From Moniliella sp. 'wahieum' (lineage: Eukaryota), in contig RSEE01000011.1 of the NCBI GenBank assembly GCA_003971905.1, positions 310,001 through 374,000 on the forward strand: 64,000 nt of DNA. Reading direction: 5' to 3'. Positions 13,110-25,769 of the stretch are shown here, piece after piece (the first letter of the stretch is position 1; each line of letters begins with the position of its first letter). Both the position numbers and the translations under genes were made by a program. Under the pieces are notes generated by a model that saw only the letters and a list, made by a program, of their open reading frames with translations, ran no database searches and was not told where the DNA came from.

Positions 13110-14576
13110 ATGGCTGCTGCTTCCGTTGCCACCCCGGCCCACGATGTGGGCACCCTGTCGTCGAAGCTGGAAGCGGTGAATCTCCAGTCCACACGGCCGC
13201 CGTCCAAGTTGGAATACGACCCGAACGTGGACGAAAAAGTGATTCGCGAGCGTCTGTTTGGCACGCCGTACGAACCCAACGAGAAGCTTTGGAACGTGGA
13301 CCAGGCCAAGTGGGCGGCCCAGCCAGCGGCCAAGCGCCAAGAAGCTTTTGCCAAGTTTCGTGCGTGGTTGCCGCTTCGTGCTGAAGGCCCTGCGGTCTGG
13401 ACGGACGGGTGTTGCAAGGTCAGCCGGCCAAGTGGCTGTACGAGTTTAGCGAGAGCGAGAAGGAGGAAGCGCAACGTGCACTGGAGCACTTTAAGACCTT
13501 GCCTGTTGCCCATGAAAAGGAACCGTTCAACTTTGATGCCATCTCGCCGGCAACCTTCCCTTTGCCCACGCTGAGCACGGCGCTTCACGCGGCGGCGGAC
13601 AAGGTTCTGAATGGGGTTGGGATCCAAGTGTTCCGTGGCTTGGATCCGGACCAATGGAGTCGGGAAGAACAGATCATTGTCTATGCGGGCGTGGCATCGT
13701 ACATTGTGTAATCCGCCTGGCGCAGCAAAAGGATAAAGCGTTGATCCACCTTCGTGACCTGACCAAGTTTAAGAAGGAGGACCGACCTGCGATCACTCTG
13801 AAGGGTACGTTGGTTCTTTCCTTTGCTTATGACAAAATGCCATCCGAATCGGGGTACGCACGTCACGTAGTAGTCCCAAGCTAACATCGGTGGTTGTGCT
13901 TGCCTTCCCACTTTCCAGGTCAGACTTCGGGCAACCAAGTGGCTCACACGGACGCCGGCGACATCATCTCCCTCTTCACGCTGAGTCCTGCGGCGGAAGG
14001 AGGGTTGAGCCAGGTAGCGTCGTAGGAGAAGTGTACAACTGGTTTGCGGAGCACCGGCCTGACTTGCTCAGTGTGTTGACTGACCCGAGTTGGGAGTGGG
14101 GCGGGCACGCGGCCATCCCCTTGGTTCACTGGTACCAAGGGCGCATCCTGGCGCAGTATGCGCGTCGTCCTTGGTTCCCCTTTTTCGAGGGGGAGCGCTT
14201 GGCCAACACGGTGGAACTGCCGTATGACAAGCACATCGCTCTTGACGGTCTTCACTTTACGGCCGCCGAGCGGTTTATCAATCTCGATCTCCAAAAGGGC
14301 GATCTCGAGTTTATCAACAACCTCCAAGTCTTCCACGCTCGCAACGCCTCGAACGACAATGACAAGACCCAGCGTCACTTGCTGCGTCTGTGGCTGCGCA
14401 ACGAGGAGAAGCATGTGCCCATCCCGGACGCTCTCAAGCCGCTCTGGACGCCCCTTTTGGACAACAAGAACCTCAAGTGGCCCCTCGAGGCTTGGGAAAA
14501 GAAACCTAAACGTTTCCGCTGGGCAACTATGAGGGACGTCTGTATGTTCTGGCTAAGTATGATCTATGATTGGTGA
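13110..14576 (+). CDS. TauD/TfdA (clavaminate synthase-like) Fe(II)/2-oxoglutarate dioxygenase
   Basis: TFPLPTL, NGVGIQVFRGLDP, HTDAGDIISLF (HxD), LQKGDLEFINNLQVFHAR (distal His), RHLLRLWLRN. Intron ~13805-13918. Confidence 0.88.
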
Positions 14577-15113
14577 TGTGTGTGGGAAACGGAGCAAAAT
14601 GTTGGTTCCATAGGATGTAGCAGTGTGGCCGTCTGTAGTAGGATACTCAGAGCGCGGTTTCGCCTGTCGAAACCCCGAGGGGGGGAAGGTAGGCCATAAT
14701 GACTCCTTCTCTCACTTGGCAGTCGTCTCTTCCTTACATTTAACTAGCCTAGATGTTTTTTACAGAGACCAGGGATGGGCGGACAAAGATGAAGAGCCAA
14801 GAGCAAACGGGCTTGTTGGCTCAAGGGGTGGTTTGCAACACATTTTCTTATTAGTACGGAATGGATCTACGTAGCGTAGATGGCAGGCACGGTGCACCAG
14901 CGTCGCAACCGAGAACAAAACGCACAAGTCGTGGACTGTCGCAAGACCGGGACCGGTGCGGCCCAAGCGCCAAAATTAAAGCACGGAGACGTGACATGGC
15001 ATGCCATCAAGCGGGACGAGCAAAAAGAGAGGGAAGAAGAGCCAAGCGAAAAAGCGCTGAGCTACTCAACTTGTAAGGAACTGGGGTAGCTTCCACGTTG
15101 GCTCTCTCCGAGA

Positions 15114-15147
15114 AAGAGAGAGAGTGTGTGTGCGTGTGTGTATGTGT

Positions 15148-15178
<31 letters not shown>
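15114..15178. repeat. Compound (AG)n/(TG)n microsatellite
   Basis: agagagagagtgtgtgtgcgtgtgtgtatgtgtgagagagagagagagagagagacagacag. Confidence 0.9.
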
Positions 15179-15828
15179 GCTGCACCAACCTCAGCTCTGT
15201 GACAAATTGGTTCACCACCAATCGCCCTTTCTTTGCCGGGCTGAGCGCTCACGAGCCCTGCAACACGGTAGCAGGGGTAGAATTTCTACATCTCGACGCC
15301 TTGGCTTTTTGGCGCGCTGCAAATATTGTTTCTTGACAAACGTGCCATCTTACAAAAACAATCAAACAGACAAACAAACAGACAGACCGACAGAGTTGGG
15401 GAAAGGGCCGATAAACCGTTTCGCATCGTCCACCACGTGGCGGCGCGTGGATGCGAGTAGGATGATTGTAGAGGGAACATGTCGTATGCTTCAAGCTGGG
15501 CGGAGACGGGTGTGGAGGGTAGCAGGGGGGAGAGGGGGAGGGGGGAGGGGGAGAGAGCAGGATAGACGTGAAGACGATGGTATACCAAGATACCTCAAAT
15601 ATGCGGTCATATGCGACAAAAAAGGCGACTGGCTGACAAGACGGGCGAGAGGGGATGCGATGCAGAACGGTGCGTTGGCGAGCAAAGTCCCAGAGGGGAA
15701 GAGAACTACCTACCCGACCCGAGCCAGCACCCTCAACGACCGAGGACAGACAGGCAGGGAACGTACCCTGCTTCTGACCCGATGGTACTTCTCCCGAGGA
15801 ACGCTACCGTGCCAGTTGCCACGTACCC

Positions 15829-17107
15829 TTATTCCATGGGAGAGACCGAGGATCGCTCGACAGGCGTGAGGATGCGTCGACGCGCATTGATGAACCAATT
15901 GGAGATCTGGTTCATGCTCAGTCCCGTTGTTTCGCACAGGTGGCGCTTTTCGTCCTCGGTGGGGTAGGGGTGGTTGACATGGTCCAGCAACCAGGTGCGA
16001 AGCAAGTCCGTTACTTCCTTGGGAAGTTTGCCGCGTCGCTTGACGGTCGACGTGGGAGGAAAGGGGGGGAGGGTACATGTAAGCAGGTAGTGGGAATCGC
16101 GGTGGGGCGCCTTCGGCCATGCGAGCGAGGGCGGGCAAGGGTTCCTTGGGACTAGGCCGGGCGGTAGGATGGGGTGAAAGGGCTTTTTCCCGGCTAGGGC
16201 GGGGCGGCGAGGGCACGCGGGCATAGGGATGATGCCGCACACCAGGACCCACATCCCTACTCTGGCTTGGGCGGGCAAGCCCATCACTCTCTGCGTTGGA
16301 GGAGCGAGGCGAAAGAGTGTGCACAGTGGTTGTCAAAGGTGGGCAGCATCGTGCTCGGCATAGATACCCGGTGGCGGGGGTACGTAATTGCCATACCTTG
16401 GGTCGAGGTAGGCAGCGTTCATCGCAGGCCCCTTGGGGCCATCCAGATGGGGGGGAGATGGCTCGAGGGATCGGGATAGTAGTACCTGCAGAAGCTGGGG
16501 CATAGTGAGGCGATTGCGGTTGCCCTTGGGGATAGGAAGCCACCGTCTCACTCGCATCTGCTTCACCGGGGCAGGGCGGTCGCGGCTGTCTCGCGGGTAC
16601 GGGTACGGCGGCGGTGCCTGGGACGAAGGATGGGGCACATAGGGCGCACTAGCCTGGCGCGCGGGTAACAGCGGCACCCCTTCCTTGGGCTGGAAATGCG
16701 AGCGGGAAGGAGCCGGGGCGGTAACCGAGTGAGCACGGGCATGTTGGTGGAAGAAGTCGGTGGGGAGGAACTGGTCGATGTAGGAGATGCAGGTAGGCGC
16801 TGCTTGGACGAAGGCAGGGCCGAGAGCGAGGTGCGAGGGCCGCGCGACGGATCTGCATCGTCCGGGCGGGGGGTGGGGGGTCCTGGCTGGAGGAGAGGGG
16901 GCAGAGACAGGCGGCTGGGGCGGTTCTGGCTGGCGAAGACAGTGGCGAGGCCGGGCAGAGGCAGGCGGGGCGGAGGCGGGATGGGGGGGGCGCACTGGGG
17001 GTCGAGGCCATGTCGGCCGTGGGCGGCTGTGGGCAGGGCAGGTCAGTATGTCTGCAAGCGAGGCCGGGAGAAGGGGGGGGCGAGAGACGTACAGCGACAC
17101 AGGACAT
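15829..17107 (-). CDS. TALE-class homeodomain transcription factor (Tos8/Cup9/KN-homeobox like)
   Basis: KRRGKLPKEVTDLLRTWLLDHVNHPYPTEDEKRHLCETTGLSMNQISNWFINARRR has the TALE PYP loop and WFIN. Pro/Ser-rich N-terminus. Probable first exon MSCVA, then an intron with a TACTGAC branch point at ~17027-17091; start tentative. Confidence 0.9.
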
Positions 17108-17861
17108 GGAGGCGATGGGCGGAGGGGGCGGAGGCGGCAGGAGCAGCGGAGGCGGAGGTGGAGGTGGAGGTGGAGGTGGGCCGAGGCAGGCGGCAGGGCA
17201 GGGGGGCCAGGAGGCACGAGGGCGTGCTGGTCCAGACAGGGTCCACGGCCAGGGCGCCGACAGCGCAGCTGGGCAGGCGGGCGCTGTGTGTGCCTGGCCA
17301 GCCGGAGCGCAGGCAACAAGCACCGCCGCCCCGCCGCCACGGGGGCAGTCGCACATGCACATGCTCTTCGACCGGCCATCGATCCATGAGCGATCCAAAG
17401 GCGGCGCTGGCAGACGCAGCTCTGGGCACGCCCTCGCACCCTCCGCTGCCCTCCCCTCGCACACCCTCCCAGCAGTGCTTGGCAAGGCTGCGCCCGCGCT
17501 GCGTTCGGTGCGCACATCAGCCGCACAGCCCGGCCACTGCCCCTGTGCCTCGCGATCACCCGGGGGGCCGCCTGGGGTGGCACGGGACGCATGACGAGCG
17601 ACTAGTGACTCGTCGTGATCGTGGTGACATGGTGACATGCGACATGCTGCAGGCGACAGGCGACATGCGCCAGGCGGCAACAGGCGGCAACCGACGCCTG
17701 CTGCTGGCTCTGGCCCCAGGGCGTGTTGGGCACACGCTTTGCCAGCGCAGCTGCATCCCACCTCCTGCATGGCCATCGGCGAACCGAGCACCGAGCATCG
17801 GGCACCGAGCATCCCAGCCTCCCTCCCGCACTGGGCCTCAGCACCAGTGTGCGGTGGCACC

Positions 17862-19365
17862 TGTCACATGTCACATGTCACATGTCATGCATCATGCATC
17901 TTGTAACATGTGACACATGCTCCGACAGGTGCGCGTGACATGCACACGGGCGACATGCGACAGCGCACCCTAGCGCCCTCCCCCGCCCCCTGCTGTGCCT
18001 GCCCCCTGCGCTCCTCCTCTGCCCCTGCCGCTGTTGCAGCGTGTTTGCGCCCCATGCGGCATCTGTTACGCGGCAAGTATGTACCCCGGGCTTGACGCCG
18101 GCCGGCTTGAAGCTTGAAGCTTGACGCGTGACACGCGTGACGCCTCAGCCTGAGGCTCACCTGAGGGATTAATGATCGATGATGTTCAGTGTGCATGATG
18201 CAGATGACATAATGCATGATGCTCAGCTAGATAATCGATACCTTCGATAATCGATAATCGATAACTAGACCTGGCGCCAAATCGGTGACGCGCACGTAAC
18301 AAGTAACGCGTACACAGTAATCCTAGTAGCCGGGTAGCCGGTAACCGGTAACCTGCACCCGGCTGCTCAGCGCGCGTCCCAAGCAACCGGTAAGTATCAA
18401 GTGTCCAGGGTGTTATTTACGTGTTGAACGTTGAACGTACGTTGACGCATTAACGGGTTGAACGTGTTGGACGTTCAAGTTGAGTTGATCGTTCGTTGAA
18501 CGCTAACAGCGTCCATGGTCTCCTGCGTCCGGATTCCACGTTCCACGTTCAACCGAACGTTCAACGTTCAACATCCCCAGCTGTTGGGAGTATAGCACAC
18601 CCGCGGTCAAATCCACCGTTCCCACCATGCGCCATGCTGTTTTCGGGGAGGATTGGACGTTGGACGTTGGGGGCTGGCTACTTCAGTCACACATGTAATC
18701 ACAGGAGCCTAACTAGTAACTAGTAACTAGTAACTAGTAACTAGGGAGTAGAGTGCGGGGGGGCCTGGATGTCTGGCTGTGACATGTGACATGTGACATG
18801 TGAGCCGCCGCGAGCGTGAGGCGTGACGCGTGAGGCCAGCGCGTTATAGACGCGGAGCCCGCGCTTGAAGCTTGAAGCTTGACTCGGTAGCTATAGCTTT
18901 TGCCCGCCTGAAGCTTGAGCGTTTTTGAGCCCTACATCAGTTTATGGTTTAGGCACAGCGTTTCTTTGTCCCAGCCTTACGCTTAGGCGCTTAAGCTCTG
19001 TAGATGATCGAGGATAGATGAGACTGAGTACTGAGTCTCAGTACTGAGTTCTCAGAAGTACTAACTAACAACTTAAAAGAACGCGTCATGAGACGTGCCT
19101 GACGTGTGGCGTGATCATAATAAAGGAGGTGATAATTATCCGTGGCGCTCTTCACAGGCAGGCTCACACTCACCTCAAGCCTCAAGCTATATCCGCAAAA
19201 CCTGGCCATCGATCATGATCGCAGAGGCACATTAGGGTACGGGAAGGCAGCCCAGCCATGGCTACTCTGGACCTCGCGTGTCTACGACCGCTGTTGAATA
19301 CACACAGAGTAGGGCCGCCATGTATCAGCTGACACATCTGTGATCTCAACGTTCAACGTTCAACA
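17862..19365. repeat. Dense cluster of TNA+4-bp-palindrome heptamer arrays upstream of the homeobox gene
   Basis: TCA-CATG x3 then TCA-TGCA x2 (17864-17898), TGA-AGCT/CGCG (18108-18131), TAA-TCGA (18248-18264), TAA-CCGG (~18342-18352), TGA-ACGT (~18425-18437), (TAACTAG)5 18710-18744, TGA-CATG x3 (18780-18803), TGA-AGCT (~18866-18882), TGA-GTAC (19025-19047), TCA-ACGT (~19346-19363). Confidence 0.92.
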
Positions 19366-22300
19366 TGCAATCCTCCTCCCTCAAGTAAGCGGGTGATGTC
19401 TTGAGCGGAGGAATGTAGCACGATCACTAGCACTGGTCACTATAGCACTCATGAGTATATTGATGTGTACCCTGATAGTATCCCACCAACTGACGGGGCC
19501 GATGACATGCATGGCCGGGTGGTGTATTCGCCCGTTCTGTCCCGGGCTGCGTTGGATCTGAGCGGGGCCCGCCCGTGACACTTTCTTTGATTGGAAGTTG
19601 GACAGCTCTCCTGTGGTGCCACCATTCTGTAGCCACATATATGAGTACGAGGAAGTGCTATCGGATGACATTCTTAGTGCCTTCGCAGCTTCCGCTTGCT
19701 TCTGTTGGGGGGTAGTGTTATAGGCTTCCCCTGCACCCCTCAATGGATCGGTGACGCTCACTTAACCGGGCGGAAGAGTTCCGCTGGCAGGGCGCGCGCC
19801 CTGCTCGCTTCATCTCCCTTCTCTCTCTCCTGTCTCCTTCCCTTCAATTCAGATGTTGCCTGAAGACTTGTGGCTCACTTCTTTGCCTTCACGCCTGTCT
19901 GAAGGCTGCTTTGCAGCCCATCCATAGGATCGCGAGTGCTCCCAAGTCGGACTCTATCTTTCCATCTGCCCAGTCGCGCGAGCCTTCCATCAGCCGCGTC
20001 GGTTCTCCGTACCTCAGCATGTCGCGTGGGTTCCTTTCACAGCCACTGCCATGCCTCAGCCCTGGAAGTGTCTGTCCGCTCCACTCTATATCTACCTGTC
20101 GCTCAGCCCCGGAGGCTTCAGACACGTTACTACCCTTCAGCCGGCGTATACGCAGCTTGCCACGCGCGCAGCCGCCTCGGATTCACGTCCAAAGGCTTCT
20201 CCTCCTCTCGGATCCACCAAGTAGGCCAACCCCGAAACTACCGTGAGTCGTCCTTCACCTAAGGGATTGTACCCCACCAACCTGAGTGACCCACCACGTT
20301 ACATAGCCCTCGATGGCAGTGGGGGCACAACCGTGGGCGTGGATTGAAGGGGCACCGTGTGCCAGTGTGGGCGTCGGTGTCGCAATGGGGCACCGGCGGG
20401 GAGTACGGGTAGGGGGTATTTAAGGGGTGGAGGGGCGCGTCGACGCGACTCTGTCATATGCCCGATGATTGGCGTGGCCCGCCCCGGCCAGTCACGTGTA
20501 GGTCGGGGCAGTAGGGTTGTTGGCACTTTCTTCCACCCTCCGATATGGAACTAAGAGATCTCTCCTCCATTGAAATTCAAGTACCTTCTGTGAGTCCTGA
20601 GTGTTCCGACTGAACCTCAGGCCTCACTCCTCACTCCATAAGGAACACAATCCTTCCCCCTTCCCCTTGTCTTTACTTGGTCTTAGCGCCTTATTAGCGC
20701 TTAGCCCTCATCCCGCGACAGTGGCCCAGAGGGGAAGCGTTTCTGACAAGGATGCTAGAAAACAGAGCAAAAAAATAGGAACAAAAACCCGCCCCGCCGG
20801 CGCACCGAGAGCTTATTTTCATGATGTAGTAGCCAGAAGGACAGACAGGTTTTATGAGACCCCCGAGACGGGAGAGGCCGAGGCAAGTGAGGCCGAGGCC
20901 TCGGTGAATATACGCGTGAGCGCGCAGACAGGTGCATGCCAAACTGATATCACACGCTCATGGGATTAACCGATTATCGATAAACGCTTAACGTTTTTTA
21001 CGGTTCAACTTATCGATGACAGCTCTCCATTTTCTCACAGTCTGCAGAGTTGTGTCGGCGCGCGGTCAAGTTCACGTTCACACATTCAACGTTTAACACG
21101 TTCAACGCGCCGAATCCAACTCTCATGGGTCAATGACCGGCTACCTCGCCTCAATTTAGCATACCTTGGCCCATGCCATCTGCCTTCCAAAAGAAGTACA
21201 CAGTGGTGAGGTTCCAATTTCTCAGCAGAACTCAAATCTCCGATCTCAGATCCCGCTTCTTATTCAGAGCAAAAGCAGGTCTCCTGATCGCTGGAACACA
21301 GGATATGGGGATTCACAGATCGAGCCCTATATGTAATAGGTCATATATAGTGCCGGATGGAAGTGTGGGTGAGGTCTGTCTGAAACCCTCTGACGAGGCC
21401 CTGAAGCCTGAGGTATACTAGGAATTTGAAGCGTCACACTCACTCATCACGCGTAACAGATCGACGCACAGTAACTAGTACACTAGTCACATATGTCCGC
21501 ATGCACGGCTATACCAAACACCCTACCTTCTGCACCCCCAAAGAAGTACAGAAGTACAAGCTCTATAAATGCCAAGCTTTTCTTAGCACAAACTCTATAC
21601 ATGGTAAAACGGAGGAGACTATCCTTTTGTCTTCTTGCTGAAGCGTGGAGGGTCTACTAACAGTTCCTACCGCTCTTCTTGTCCATCGAGACAGCCGAGG
21701 AGGACGACGTGGTGCTGTTAGCTTTTGCATTCGCGTTCACGTTTACTCCTCCGGTGCCTGTGCAATGCCTCTGCAAACCATCCTGATGGACTAGGTGGCC
21801 CATTTCATCGGTTCGACTCCGGGTCCTGCTTCTTCCTTCGCCGTTAGTAGGGTATCCTGTTGACGTGAAAGTTCCCTGTCCCAGAGTGTCCCCCGGAGGA
21901 CGGGAGAGGTAAACCACGCAAGGGGACCCCATGGATGAAGGTAAAAATGAGAGGGAAAGGGATATAATGGCCCTGGGACGGACGACGACAGCATAGTTAA
22001 TCATTAAGACCCAAAGAAGTGGAAGATGGTGGGGGGCTGTGGGCCCGAAGGGGTACCATTCCACCGTACTCGGGGGCACCGACAACGGGGTATAGCTCTT
22101 TGGACAGGATTGGACAAGCGGGCCGCAAGAGCGACGGGGACAAACCTTAGTTGGATCCATAACACAAAGTGCACGGTGGCCGATGAGAATATTCACACGT
22201 TTCCCCGCACCGCCACCAACAATAAGGCACCATGAACGATGGTCTGTACGTTCGGTTGCGTTAATGTGGATCTGTCACATGTCCACTGTTGATCAAACGT

Positions 22301-22931
22301 TGCCTTAAGCGCTGTTGGTGCATCGCATCTCACACCTTATGTAGTGTCATGCTCTCAATATATATAGTCATCTCTCCTTCACAGTGGCGGGGGGAGGGGG
22401 GGTTAGGGGTAGGTCATGGTACAGCGGAAACAATCCACGGAAGGGCGGCTTAGTACCCCGATTTGGGAAGAATCCTCTTGCAGATATCGGTCGGTTGGAT
22501 GATGACTCGTTGATGTATATACTCCGTGAGATGCTGGGCGGGCGACAAAAAGGTAAAAAATGCGAAACGAAAACAGGATGTTAACCTCCAGCCCCAAGAA
22601 ACCCACCTGCGATCACAATGCACTGCCCCGGAAGAGGGCGCGCGGACGTACAGGACATCTTCACGTGGTATGGGCAAGACAGCTTGGTGTTGTAGGTGTT
22701 GCTCTCTCCTGTCTGCTGGGCTCGGCTGTATACCGCCCTCGCCTTGTTTGCAGCTCAGGCGCTGAGGCTGAGGTATGCCGAATTGAAACTTTCACGGGTT
22801 CCACGTGGCCACATCGCTGGCTTCGCTCACCAAAGGATGGATCGTTTGATATGCCCCCACCATCCTGAAGCTTCGAGGTTGACGTCTCGCCTCTGCTTCC
22901 TGCCCAGTTGACGCCCAAGGCGACGACTGCC

Positions 22932-24987
22932 ATGTCCTCCTCCTCCTCCGCCTACGATGACGATGATGAGTCGGGGATGCTCAGCGTTCTGATGATCATC
23001 GCCTTCACCCTAACCGTACTTGTCCTTGCCCTGTTGGCCGGCGTGCTCAAGTATTTGAGCGCCATGTGCGCACGGCGCGCCGACGTAACCGTGCCAGAAG
23101 AGGCCTTGATCCGAGACTCGGTCTTCCCCCCACTTTCTCTCCCGATTCAACTCCACCCCGACGTGGCGATCACCTCAGCCACCAACGTTTCTTCTGGCCG
23201 CCCCCCTGTGGCCCCACAGCAGCCTCGGCCCCTACGGAAGATGGGTACTTGCTTGTGGGCTTCTTGCACCCCTATGCCAATGCCGGTGGTGTGTGGGAGC
23301 GCGTTCTGTTCCATGCGCTGGACTGGGTCATCAGAGAACATCCTTCGGCCGTGTTCGTTGTCTACACGGGCGACATCCTCCGGACCTGGCTTGGGAACTC
23401 AATTTTCTTCCAGTTCGCTGACGCGGTCATGTCTGCTATCCCCTCTGCCCGTGCCACGGCCGTTTCTATTGCGGAAGCGAGTGCTGCTCAGCCCCGCTCC
23501 CTTGTTGCGCCCGATGGATCCAAATATGTGGATGGGGCGGAGATCCTCGAGCAAGCCCACAAACGGTTTGGTGTCCACTTGCCCTCGAACCGAGTTTACT
23601 TTTTGCCAGTCAAGTCACGTCATTTGCTCGGCGACAGCTGGAAACGGTTCACTCTTGCTGGGCAAGCGTTTGGCGCGGCCATGGTGGCTTCCGAAGCTAT
23701 GACCCAGGTCACTCCCGATCTGCTCATTGACACTACCGGTTTGGCCTTTGCTTCTCCAATGGCACGCGCCTACAACTCTCGCTTGCCTGTGGCTAGTTAC
23801 ACCCACTATCCTGCTCTCACACGTACCATGCTCGGCCGTGTTGCGTCACGGCAGCAGGGTCACACCAACTCGGCCGATGTGGCAAGCAGCGCTTGGCGGT
23901 CGCGTGCCAAGTTACTGTACTACCGCCTCTTTGCTCGTTTCTACACATGGGCCTTGCGTTCGCCAGATGCCTTGGTGGCCAATGGCTCGTGGACGCGCGC
24001 TCAACTCCGTGCCCTGCTCTATCCAACCGCGTACGATTTGGATTCCCAATTGGTGCCCGTCACCCGGGCCGGCCCGACTTGGCCTCTGCCTCGGACCAGG
24101 CACAAGCACCGCCCCCGCGCAAGAGGGGCACCAAGGCGGCGGACATTGAAATTGTTTACCCGCCGGTGGATGTGGCTGCCTTGTCAGTCTGCCCTCTCGA
24201 CCCGCCCGGCGGACGGGGGGGATTGTGTCTCTGGCCCAGTTCCGGCCTGAGAAGGAACATGTGACGCAACTGTACGCCCTTGCGGCGCTCCATGCACTCC
24301 AAACTTCCCCCCTTCCCAAGCCGAACAAGGCGACGAGAAAATTGAACCCAGCTTGAGCCCACTGCCTTTGCCCAAGCTCACACTCATTGGTGGCGTGCGG
24401 AACGCAACGGACGAGCGTCGGGTGGCGGCGCTCAAGCAGCTGACGGCTCAGTTGGGATTGGAAGATCATGTGAGTTTGTTGTCAATGCGCCTTGGACCCA
24501 AGTAGTGGACTTGCTTGCGCATGCCTCCATCGGCTTTTCCACCATGGTAGACGAACATTTTGGCATTGGTGGTGGAGTTTATGGTACGTGCTGCGTCGGC
24601 CTGGCTAGCGTGTCCTTCCTTCCCTTACTAACTCTCGGACTTCAGGCCGCCGGGTTGATTACCCTCTCGCACACCTCGGCCGGGCCGTGGCTCGATATCG
24701 CGGTACCTGAGTGGGAAGAGGTAGAGCAGGACGGCACGCCTACCTGGACCTTATCTCGCACTGGCTTCCACGCGAGTGATGTCGACTCGTACGCTGCCAC
24801 TCTGGATTCGATTCTGCGCCTGCCTAGCGAGGCGCAGATGGCCATCCGCCGTGCGGCGCGCGGGAGCGAGCGGAGCGGGTGTTTTCTGCCTCGGCATTCG
24901 AACGTTCGTTTGCCCTCCACATCTGGGCGCCGCTCCAGGACAAGATGCTGGCTCAGACCCGTAAGAAGCAGTGACAGGCCAGGGTAG
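22932..24987 (+). CDS. ALG11: GDP-Man:Man3GlcNAc2-PP-Dol alpha-1,2-mannosyltransferase (GT4)
   Basis: N-terminal TM anchor, VGFLHPYANAGG..ERVL, RFTLAGQ, PDLLIDTTGLAF, ASYTHYP, NGSWTR, IVYPPVD, AQFRPEK, TMVDEHFGI, AAGLI..H.SAGPWLDI. Confidence 0.93.
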
Positions 24988-25194
24988 GAGGAGATCTGCT
25001 CATCGAACTTTTCTATGATACGAATGCATTCTGTCGTGGGGTAGGGAGAGTCTGCCAGCAGCGTGCAGCTGGACGTTCTTCCAATGTATCTTTGAACCGT
25101 ACAGGGAAGGGGACACTGTGCGAGCCCAGTCGGATGTGATGTCACGGATCGAATAGCAGCATGAGAATCCGATGTGGCCATGGGACCGACGCGC

Positions 25195-25769
25195 TTAGAA
25201 CAGTTTCTTGTTCTGTTCCGACGCCTTCTTGGTCGCCGCATACCCTTCCGCTCCACCACAGCCACCGTCACAGCCGCTGCACCAGCCAGAACAGGCGGTT
25301 CAATCTTCTTGACCTCCTCTTGGTGCGTGTAGATGTAGTACCCAGCTCCGCCAAGCAACAGCAGGTTGACCGCACCGAGGGCCGAGACCCAGTAGGCCGG
25401 GGTGGTGCTAAACACCTGCCAAAAGTGCTTGGCTTCCTTTTTGGCGTCGGCCGCCGCCTTGGCCGCTCTAATTCCGTCCCGCGCGTCCGTCGTCAGTACT
25501 CAACTCAGCGATCAAGATGAACAGGATGTGTCCGTGGGTACAAAGTAAGGGTTCGGCACGCACTTGTCTTCCCATTCCTGGGCGGCCTTGTTGAGCTCCG
25601 CGGCGAGGCGGCGAGACTCGGCATCGGCGTTGCCCGCAGCCTGCTTGGCCTGCTTGCGCAGGTCCTTGGCCTTGGCACTGGCTGCCTTGTGGACTTCCTG
25701 CGCCTTGGCACTCGCGTCGTCCACCACGGCCTTGGCGGTGGAGTCGATCTTTTGCTCGGTAGAGACCAT
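25195..25769 (-). CDS. Small membrane protein with Ala/Lys-rich helical N-terminus (possibly OM14-like mitochondrial outer membrane protein)
   Basis: MVSTEQKIDSTAKAVVDD...WEDK, intron GTGCGT..TACTGAC..TAG (~25468-25563), then GAVNLLLLGGAGYYIY and AEGYAATKK...KLF*. Family call is from memory and tentative. Confidence 0.6.

Noticed and set aside
15829..17107. Homeobox gene as part of a mating-type (HD1/HD2) locus
   Set aside because: It is a single C-terminal Tos8/Cup9-type TALE domain with no divergent HD partner nearby.
16333..17913. Long overlapping ORFs on both strands (also 25862-26773 and 51704-53366)
   Set aside because: Low-complexity GC-rich shadow ORFs, antisense or out of frame to real genes, with no domain signal.
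17862..19365. Palindromic repeats as a CRISPR array or cloning polylinker
   Set aside because: There are no 23-47 bp repeats with unique spacers and no cas genes. The restriction-site-like hexamers are tandem, degenerate and scattered through native intergenic DNA, unlike vector sequence.
19400..20560. Solo LTR (GTTACA at ~20298-20303, TATTTAA at ~20416)
   Set aside because: No matching TGT start with a target-site duplication and no second copy in the window.
21657..22196. Minus-strand ORF ending GRNC as a pheromone precursor
   Set aside because: Cys is terminal rather than in a CAAX box, and the ORF has no recognisable features.
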